Positions 45,544 to 52,228 of a DNA stretch of 56,100 bases are shown here, piece after piece. A program made the position numbers and the translations under genes. Source of the stretch: Vicinamibacterales bacterium (GTDB lineage: Bacteria; Acidobacteriota; Vicinamibacteria; Vicinamibacterales; CAVVIG01); the NCBI GenBank assembly GCA_025450765.1, contig JANWLS010000112.1, positions 1-56,100 of the forward strand, read 5' to 3'. Each line of letters begins with the position of its first letter. Within the stretch, counting starts at the first letter, position 1. The notes under the pieces were generated by a model. It did not search any database. It was not told the origin of the DNA and was given only the letters and a program-made list of their open reading frames with translations.

Positions 45544-46655
45544 GCCACCTCCTTGTCGGCATTTATTAATGGGCGTGGGGCCCCACCCCCACGCCGAGCT
45601 GACGCTGATGCTCGCGCTCGGATTCGCATGTCCTCGGGCTCGCATGGCCGCGGGCGCTCCCACCCTTGATTTCCTGCCTCGAGTACCCCCATTTCACTCC
45701 CGGGTTTGAAAATGGATTGTTCGTAACTCGTCATCCACAGGTCGCGCTGGAACTCACCGACGGCGGAGGCCACCGGGCGGTTGATGGCGAGATCGACGAG
45801 CATCCGGGGAAAGTCGGCGCCCGCGGCAATCGTCAGCGGAATGCCGCCCGAGAACCGCGGGTTGATTTCGAAGATCACGGGCCGGCCGTCGACGATGCGG
45901 CACTGGATGTTGACGGCGCCGGCGAACGCGAGGGCGTCGGCGCACCGGAGCGCCAGCTCGATGAGCGCGGGATCGCCGGACGTGCGTCCCCGGTCGGTCA
46001 CGCCGGAGCGGATCACCACGCGCTCGCGCGGCACGACCGACAGCGGGCGCCCGTCGAAGTCACACAGCATGTCAATCGTGTATTCGGCGCCGTTCAGGAA
46101 CTCTTGAATCACCGGCTGCTCGACGTAGTGCAGAAAGAACGCCAGCTCGCGCGGGTTCCGCACCGCATACGCGCCGACGCTGCCCCGGCCGTACCGCGGT
46201 TTGATGAAGAGGGGGAAATCAGGTCGATCCGGCAACATGCCCGGCAGGAACGACTGCGCGGCCGGAATCCCCCGCGCACGAAGATGCTCACAGAGGGCGT
46301 GTTTGTCGTTGCACAGGCTGGCCGTCCGCTCGGTCGACGCCGCCACGCGCACACCCATCCGTTCGAACGCCGGCCGCACGCGCCCGAAGAGCGGAAGCTC
46401 ATCGTCGATCGTCGGCACGATGAGGCCGATCGCTTCGCGCTGGCTGATCGCCCCGATCTCGTCGAGATAGGCGGGCTCGGTGGCCAGCGAGACACGATAC
46501 GCGCGCGCCGCGACGTGCACCGCCGGCGACATCGGATTGACGTCGGTGACGACCACCGAACCGCGCACACCGGCGCCCGCGAGGGCCTGCCGAAACGCCT
46601 GGACGAGGGCGACGCGACGCGACGCGGCGGTAATCAAGACGTTAAGCAACGTCAC
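45540..46655 (-). CDS. ATP-grasp domain enzyme (carboxylate-amine ligase type)
   Basis: The pre-ATP-grasp N-terminus NVLITAASRRVALVQAF...VVVTDVNPMSPA. ATP-grasp body: LCNDKHALCEHLRARGIPAAQSF, FIKPRYGRGSVGAY, EINPRFSGG. The last ~50 residues are an Arg/Ala-rich tail crossing a hairpin. GTG start. Confidence 0.7.
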   Translation of the reverse strand: MTLLNVLITAASRRVALVQAFRQALAGAGVRGSVVVTDVNPMSPAVHVAARAYRVSLATEPAYLDEIGAISQREAIGLIVPTIDDELPLFGRVRPAFERMGVRVAASTERTASLCNDKHALCEHLRARGIPAAQSFLPGMLPDRPDFPLFIKPRYGRGSVGAYAVRNPRELAFFLHYVEQPVIQEFLNGAEYTIDMLCDFDGRPLSVVPRERVVIRSGVTDRGRTSGDPALIELALRCADALAFAGAVNIQCRIVDGRPVIFEINPRFSGGIPLTIAAGADFPRMLVDLAINRPVASAVGEFQRDLWMTSYEQSIFKPGSEMGVLEAGNQGWERPRPCEPEDMRIRARASASARRGGGAPRPLINADKEVA

Positions 46656-47712
46656 GCATCCTCCCCGCGTCGCGGGATCCTCCTCCGAGATCGGCCTCGA
46701 CGAACGGCGAGCCGGCCGCGATGAACCGCACGGCAGGCCGACCGACCAGGTCTCGCCACTTCGACGGCGCCAAGCCGTCGGCGGGCCGCAGGACGGTCAC
46801 GTCCCGCTCGGTGATGCTCGCCCCGGGTCGCAGATCGCGGCGGGCGTAGAGACTTCGGCGGCTCGCGGTGCGGTTGCCGGCTTCAGCGAGCACGCAGGTC
46901 TTCGCGGCATCCCCGAGCGCCCCGCGCACACGGCTCGTCGTCCGCACGACCTCCGCCAACGCCTCCGGCGTCGAGGACACGGCCACGTCCGCCCCAGCGT
47001 CGTCCGCCGTGAGCACGAAGTGCCGCTCGTAAATGGACGCGCCCAGCGCGACGGCCAGGGCCGCGGCCAGCGGCTCCGTCGTGTGATCGGAGAGGCCTAC
47101 CGGAACGCCGAACGCGGCGGCGAGCGTCTCGATCGCCTTGAGATGTTCGGCGCCAGCCGGGACCGGGTACGCCGAGACGCAGTGCAGCAGCGCGATCTCG
47201 CGCGCTCCGGCCGTGCGGGCGCAGATGAGCGCTTCGGCCACCTCGCCCAGGTCACTCATGCCGGTCGAGCAGATCATCGGGCGCCCCGTCTGCGCGACCC
47301 GCTCGATGATCGGCTGGCACGTCAGGTCGCCACTCGCGATCTTGTACGCGTCGACGCCCACGTGCTCCAGCAAGTCGACGGCGTCGAGCGACAGCGGCGT
47401 GGCGATGAACGCCATACCGAGCTGCCGCGCGCGCGCCGCCACGGCGCGATGTGCCGCTTCGTCGAGCTCGAAGGCGCGGAAGAAGTCCGACATGGACCCG
47501 GCGCGCACATGCGCCGGTGCCGGGCAGTGCGGAGCCACCAGCCCGCCGGGCGTCAGTGTCTGCAGCTTGATGGCCGAGGCCCCCGCGGCGGCGGCCGCCG
47601 CGACCAGCTCCAGCGCGCGCGCCAGCGATCCGCCGTGGTTGAGGCCGAGCTCCGCGACGACGAAGAGCGGCTGCTCCGGCCCGACGATGTGCCTGCCGAT
47701 TTCAATGGACAT
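46642..47712 (-). CDS. nonulosonic acid synthase (NeuB/PseI/LegI family) with C-terminal SAF domain
   Basis: The N-terminus MSIEIGRHIVGPEQPLFVVAELGLNHGG is typical of NeuB-family aldolases; also KIASGDLT and ERHF. Start at the ATG at 47712 (alternatives at 47724 and 47748), overlapping the HAD gene's end. Confidence 0.85.
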   Translation of the reverse strand: MSIEIGRHIVGPEQPLFVVAELGLNHGGSLARALELVAAAAAAGASAIKLQTLTPGGLVAPHCPAPAHVRAGSMSDFFRAFELDEAAHRAVAARARQLGMAFIATPLSLDAVDLLEHVGVDAYKIASGDLTCQPIIERVAQTGRPMICSTGMSDLGEVAEALICARTAGAREIALLHCVSAYPVPAGAEHLKAIETLAAAFGVPVGLSDHTTEPLAAALAVALGASIYERHFVLTADDAGADVAVSSTPEALAEVVRTTSRVRGALGDAAKTCVLAEAGNRTASRRSLYARRDLRPGASITERDVTVLRPADGLAPSKWRDLVGRPAVRFIAAGSPFVEADLGGGSRDAGRMRDVA

Positions 47713-48400
47713 ACTGAGCGGCATATTCCACCAACGCTTCCGCAGCATCCGGAATTTCCGATAAGGTCGAGACCACCAGGTCGGCTTCGCTCGCTTCGGT
47801 CATGTCGGCGCGCGCAAACACGCCGCGCCGGATCCGTACGGTCCAGAGCCCTGCCCGCCGCGCGCCCGCCACATCGCACCAGGGGTCGTTACCCGCGAAC
47901 ACCGCCCGCTCCGCCGGAACGTCGAGTGCCATCAGGGCCGCCCGGAACGCCGCCGGGTCGGGCTTGCCGCGGCCGTCGCCGTACTCACACGCGAAGATCA
48001 CCCGATCCACGAAGACGTCGAGGCCGAGCGCCGCAATCTTCCTCGCCTGCACGCGCGGCAGGCCATTGGTCAGGATGGCGAGGCGCCACTGCCGCCGCAC
48101 CTGCTCGAGCATCCGCCGGCAGTCGTCGGGCAGCCGAAGCCTCGGCCGGTGTGCCCGCATCACGTCGACGAGCTCCGGCACGATCTCGGGATCGAGATCG
48201 AAGGTTTCACAGAGCGCCTGGAACGCATGGCCGCGGCCACCCTGGCGGGCGACACGCACGAGCGTGCGAAAGCCGTCGCCGCGCGCGACGCCGAAGCGCG
48301 CTTCCACGTGCGCCGAGACCGCGACGAAGCCGCTCAGCAGGTAGCGCCGCTCGGGATACAGCGTGTCGTCGAGATCGAACATCAGGGCTCTCGGCATCAC
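47702..48400 (-). CDS. HAD-superfamily hydrolase (phosphatase-like)
   Basis: DxDxT motif LMFDLDDTLY; later motifs LAILTNG and GKPDP...FAGNDPWCDVAGA. The start is GTG at 48400 or ATG at 48397. Confidence 0.75.
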   Translation of the reverse strand: MMPRALMFDLDDTLYPERRYLLSGFVAVSAHVEARFGVARGDGFRTLVRVARQGGRGHAFQALCETFDLDPEIVPELVDVMRAHRPRLRLPDDCRRMLEQVRRQWRLAILTNGLPRVQARKIAALGLDVFVDRVIFACEYGDGRGKPDPAAFRAALMALDVPAERAVFAGNDPWCDVAGARRAGLWTVRIRRGVFARADMTEASEADLVVSTLSEIPDAAEALVEYAAQYVH

Positions 48401-49395
48401 TACGCCGCCTTGCGGTCGCCAAGCGACCGCTTCGAGGTTCCGTGCGCCAGCCTGCGCAGCGCGGTGGCGACGCGTTGGGCGCCCCGGCCGTCGACCTGCT
48501 GGCTCGCTCGCTCACTCAGATCGCGTTGCGCGCGGACGCTGTCGAGTAGTCGCAGCACCTGGCCGATGGCGCCTTCGAGGTTGCGCGGCGTGCCGGCATC
48601 GATGGCGGCACCGCGCGCGGCAAATGCACGGATCGTGGGCCGCTGCGCCGGGACCACGGCGACCGCCACGGCCGGGGTGCCGAGACAGCAGGCTTCGTAG
48701 AGCGTGACGCCGCCGGCGACGAGCACCACGGTCGCGTGTGCCAGTTCGTAGGCCAGCCCGTCGGACGACACGACCCACTGCACGTTGGGCGGCAGCCGTC
48801 GTGGAGGCGTGGCGACGAACCCTCCAGCGATCCGCACTTCGACGTCCGGTCTGCGCCTGGCCAGCACGGTGCCGAAACGCCACGCGGCGCGCGCCTGCGC
48901 GCCGCCGCCGAGCGTCACCAGGACCCGCGGCCGCGGCAGATCGTCCCAGTCGCGCGGAGCCCGCGCCCTGAGCCACTGGAGCCTGGGATTCAGGATGGCG
49001 TAGCGCGTGCCAGCCAGCACCACCGTGCGGGGAGACGCTTTCATCGGGACGATGCTGCCGTCGATCTGCAGGTCTGAGGCGCACCGGGCGAGCCCCAGGT
49101 CGTGCACGCTCGCCACGGGAATGCCGCGGCGTCGCGCCGCCGCACACCATGGGTTCGCGGACCCGGCGTGGGGATCATCGATCACCAGCAGATCCGGTCG
49201 TTCGCGCTCCATCACGTCCGAGGGCGACCCGTCGACCACTTCCAATCCGAGCCGGCGCGCGACGCGCGCTGCCGTGCGTCCACCGCGCACGCTCACGCGC
49301 GGCTCCACCTCGAGCGCGCGCGCCAGCCAGGCACTTCGCACCAGGTGGCCGAAGCCGCGACGAGGTCCGCCGGCCGCCCGAAAGAGCACCTGCAT
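48400..49395 (-). CDS. pseG: UDP-2,4-diacetamido-2,4,6-trideoxy-beta-L-altropyranose hydrolase-like (PseG family)
   Basis: The N-terminus MQVLFRAAGGPRRGFGHLVRSAWLARAL matches the PseG pattern (VLFR...G.GH..R). The GT-B-like C-terminal half contains VVLVAGGVTLYEACCLG. Confidence 0.7.
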   Translation of the reverse strand: MQVLFRAAGGPRRGFGHLVRSAWLARALEVEPRVSVRGGRTAARVARRLGLEVVDGSPSDVMERERPDLLVIDDPHAGSANPWCAAARRRGIPVASVHDLGLARCASDLQIDGSIVPMKASPRTVVLAGTRYAILNPRLQWLRARAPRDWDDLPRPRVLVTLGGGAQARAAWRFGTVLARRRPDVEVRIAGGFVATPPRRLPPNVQWVVSSDGLAYELAHATVVLVAGGVTLYEACCLGTPAVAVAVVPAQRPTIRAFAARGAAIDAGTPRNLEGAIGQVLRLLDSVRAQRDLSERASQQVDGRGAQRVATALRRLAHGTSKRSLGDRKAA

Positions 49396-49397
49396 CG

Positions 49398-50615
49398 CTA
49401 TCCCGCTCGCTTCAACATCCTGGTGGTCCGTACCAGTCGCCGCACGGTATCAATCACGCGGTCGACCTCCTCGTCGGAGAGCGAGGCCGACAGCGGCAGG
49501 GACAATGTGCGATCCGAAATGAATTCCGCGTGCGGGAACCGCCCACGGGCGAGCGCGAACCGCTCCTGGTAGTAGGAGTGCAGATGCAGCGCGGTGAAAT
49601 GGATCGCGGTGCCGATGCCTTCGGTGGCGAGCGCCGCCTGCAGGCCGTCGCGCGACCAGCCGCAGGACGCTTCGTCGACCAGCACGGTATACAGATGACG
49701 GCCGTGTACCATCCCGAGGTCCGGGAGGGACGGCAGCGTCAGTGGGAGATCCGCGAGGCCTTCGTCGTAGCGCCGGCCGATCGCTTCGCGCCGATCGTGC
49801 ATCTCGTCGAGGCGATCGAGCTGGCGCAGGCCGATGGCGGCCTGCAGATCCATCATGTTGTACTTGAACCCGGCCATCACCACGTCGTAGTGAGCCGCGC
49901 CGCCGATCTCATAGCGCCGCCACGCGTCCCGGCTGAGCCCATGGAGCGCGGCCGTCCGGATGCGCGCCGCGGCCTCGCCCGAGTCGGTGGTCACCATCCC
50001 GCCTTCGCCGGTCGTCAGGTTCTTCGTGGCGTAAAAGCTGAAACAGGTGAAGTCGGCCGTGTTGCCAATCCGCTGGCCGCCGGCGACCGCCTCGACGGCG
50101 TGCGCCGCATCCTCTATTAAGGCGAGGCCGTGGCGCTGGCTGAGGCGCCTGAAGGCCCGCACGTCGACGGGACGTCCTCCGAAGTGGACCGGCAGGACCG
50201 CGCGCGTGCGCGGCGACACCGCCGCAGCCGCCGCCGACGGGTCCAGGTTCATCGTCACGCGGTCGACGTCGGCGAACACGGGCGTCGCGCCGGCGTGGAT
50301 GATGGCGTTGGCCGTGGCGCAGAATGTCAGCGGCGTCGTAATCACCTCGTCGCCCGGGCCGATGCCGGCGGCGAGCAGCGACAGGTGCAGCGCCGCGCTG
50401 CACGAGCTCACGGCAACGGCATGGCGGGCGCCGACGAGCGATCGGAACCGCTCCTCGAAGCGCGCCACGCGAGGGCCGGTGGTCAACCAACCGGATTGAA
50501 GCGTAGCCACAACCTCGTCGATCTCGTCCGTGCCAAGGCTCGGGCGGGCGAATGCGACCGGCGCCTCCTGCCGCGCCGGTTTCGCCGTCGATCGACGCGC
50601 GGCTAAATGCGGCAC
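49398..50615 (-). CDS. DegT/DnrJ/EryC1/StrS-family PLP-dependent sugar aminotransferase (PseC-like)
   Basis: FARPSLGTDEIDEVVATLQSGWLTTGPRV, DEVITTPLTFCATANA and the PLP-lysine region FSFYATKNLTTGEGG. GTG start at 50615; the true start is uncertain. Confidence 0.85.
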   Translation of the reverse strand: MPHLAARRSTAKPARQEAPVAFARPSLGTDEIDEVVATLQSGWLTTGPRVARFEERFRSLVGARHAVAVSSCSAALHLSLLAAGIGPGDEVITTPLTFCATANAIIHAGATPVFADVDRVTMNLDPSAAAAAVSPRTRAVLPVHFGGRPVDVRAFRRLSQRHGLALIEDAAHAVEAVAGGQRIGNTADFTCFSFYATKNLTTGEGGMVTTDSGEAAARIRTAALHGLSRDAWRRYEIGGAAHYDVVMAGFKYNMMDLQAAIGLRQLDRLDEMHDRREAIGRRYDEGLADLPLTLPSLPDLGMVHGRHLYTVLVDEASCGWSRDGLQAALATEGIGTAIHFTALHLHSYYQERFALARGRFPHAEFISDRTLSLPLSASLSDEEVDRVIDTVRRLVRTTRMLKRAG

Positions 50616-51475
50616 ACCAATCGCTCCACGTTCGCCGGCAGCCGGCGTCCGCTGCCCACGAGCCCCTTCGAGGACAAGTGGGCCTTGGGCAGTGGCGCCC
50701 CGGCGGTCGGCCGGCTATGAAAGGTCACCACCCCTGCTGACGCGGCGAGCCGCCTCTCGGCCTCGCGCCGCCAGGTCGCAAAATCCGGCAGCAGCGCGAG
50801 CGCCAGATCAACGCGCACCACGCCGTCGCGGCAGGTCACCTGCAACTGGCCGTGCGCCCACGCGAGCCGCGAGGGATAGACGAGCGAGGGATCGCTGCCG
50901 ACACGAAAGTACGGCCATCCCTTGCGCGAGAGGGGGCGCCGCGCCGCCTGCTGTAACTCACCGCCGATCGCCGCCACGAACACGCCATCCGGATCGAACA
51001 CCTGGACGCGGTTGTTTCGCTCGTCGGCCACCACGAGCAGTGGGTCCTCGCCGTTGGCGGACGTGCGCCCCACGCGCGGATGTGTAATGAGGATGTCGCT
51101 CGGCGCACTGAACTGCGCGGGACCGGCGCCAAAGCCACCGAAGGCGCCAACCGGCTCCCCGTCCAGCGTGAGAATCTGGATCCGGTGGTTCCCGGCATCG
51201 CAGATGTACAGGCGCGGCTCACCACTGACCGGATGCGTGAGCATCGTCAAGCCGCGCGGATGCAGGAATTCGCCGGCGCCGTAACCAGGACCGCCGATCT
51301 GCCGGCGCGTGCCGTCAGGCTCGACGATGACGAGCCGATGGTTCAGCTCGTCGGTGAGGAACCAGCGGCCGTCTGCGCTCTGGGCCATCGAGTGGATCGG
51401 GCGCGAGGCGGACGGGGTCAGCAGGACTTCCCACGCCGGTGCCGTGTCTGAGATCTGTTCCATGGCTCTGCTCAC
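50603..51475 (-). CDS. NHL-repeat (six-bladed beta-propeller type) protein
   Basis: Repeated NHL-like units: TDELNHRLVIVEPDG, GEFLHPRGL, CDAGNHRIQILTLDG, AQFSAPSDI, ADERNNRVQVFDPDG. The start is GTG at 51475 (4-nt overlap) or ATG at 51463. Confidence 0.7.
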   Translation of the reverse strand: MSRAMEQISDTAPAWEVLLTPSASRPIHSMAQSADGRWFLTDELNHRLVIVEPDGTRRQIGGPGYGAGEFLHPRGLTMLTHPVSGEPRLYICDAGNHRIQILTLDGEPVGAFGGFGAGPAQFSAPSDILITHPRVGRTSANGEDPLLVVADERNNRVQVFDPDGVFVAAIGGELQQAARRPLSRKGWPYFRVGSDPSLVYPSRLAWAHGQLQVTCRDGVVRVDLALALLPDFATWRREAERRLAASAGVVTFHSRPTAGAPLPKAHLSSKGLVGSGRRLPANVERLVCRI

Positions 51476-52092
51476 GCCGCGGGCCGGACCGAGGCCCGCA
51501 AGGTATCGAAGATCGGCCGCCAGCGCTTCAGCGCCGGCTCGAGGTCGTACTCGAGAATGTCGGCGACCGTCAGCCAGTCGTGCGCCTGTTGGGCATCGAT
51601 AATCGATTCGAGCTGCCCACTGAGCTCGGTGATCTGCGCCGCGACCGACCGGCCGTCGCGCGTCATCTGCTGCAGGTCCACGCCGAGCGCCTGCGCGCCG
51701 GTCGCCAGGATCGCGACCATTGAGCGGACCCCCTCGGCCAGTTCCATCAGGCCCTGGTTGGCGCCCGCCAGGTCGACGCCGCGAAAGGCGTCGCCGGTCT
51801 GGGCCGCGGCAGCCGACAGCGCCGCGAGGGAGAGCGCCCCCTGCGCCAGCGCCTCGTCGATCAATTCGCTCGGCGGCGTCGTTTCGATCTCGATCCGTTC
51901 GAATCCGGTGAGGGGCAGCGCGGCGTGAGCCGGCTGGCGGAATGTCGGTTCGTCGACGCCGTCGAATCGGACTGCCGTCACGACTTCCCCGCGCGCCGCG
52001 GCGTCGCGGTCAACGCCCGCCAGCAGTTTTCCCCATGTTTCCGGCAGCTTTTCGAGCGTCTGTTCGCCTTCGTTCACGACGACGTGCGGCAT
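51472..52092 (-). CDS. hypothetical protein (first gene of the nonulosonate/stator operon)
   Basis: 206-aa ORF from the ATG at 52092 (MPHVVVNEGEQ), preceded by GGGAGG. Ala/Leu-rich and probably helical; no family recognised. Confidence 0.5.
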   Translation of the reverse strand: MPHVVVNEGEQTLEKLPETWGKLLAGVDRDAAARGEVVTAVRFDGVDEPTFRQPAHAALPLTGFERIEIETTPPSELIDEALAQGALSLAALSAAAAQTGDAFRGVDLAGANQGLMELAEGVRSMVAILATGAQALGVDLQQMTRDGRSVAAQITELSGQLESIIDAQQAHDWLTVADILEYDLEPALKRWRPIFDTLRASVRPAA

Positions 52093-52117
52093 TCGGGTCC
52101 TCCCGGCGCGGCAAGGG

Positions 52118-52134
52118 AGCGAGAAGCTTGCCAA
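52118..52134 (-). promoter_or_regulatory. sigma-54-like -24/-12 motif upstream of the nonulosonate/stator operon
   Basis: The minus strand reads TTGGCAAG-CTTC-TCGCT. The invariant GG and GC have canonical spacing, with one mismatch in each box. It lies about 25 nt upstream of the ATG at 52092. Confidence 0.3.
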
Positions 52135-52228
52135 CACTCGGGCTTCTCGTTCGAGCGGTCAGGCCACAGGCCGCAGGCCACGCGCCAGGGCGCCCTTGGC
52201 TCCGTTCGTGCATTCCCGGCCGCGTCTC

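Noticed and set aside
46480-48549. 689-aa plus-strand ORF
   Set aside because: It is antisense to the NeuB-family synthase, HAD and PseG-like genes, and its composition is extremely Arg/Ala/Pro-rich.
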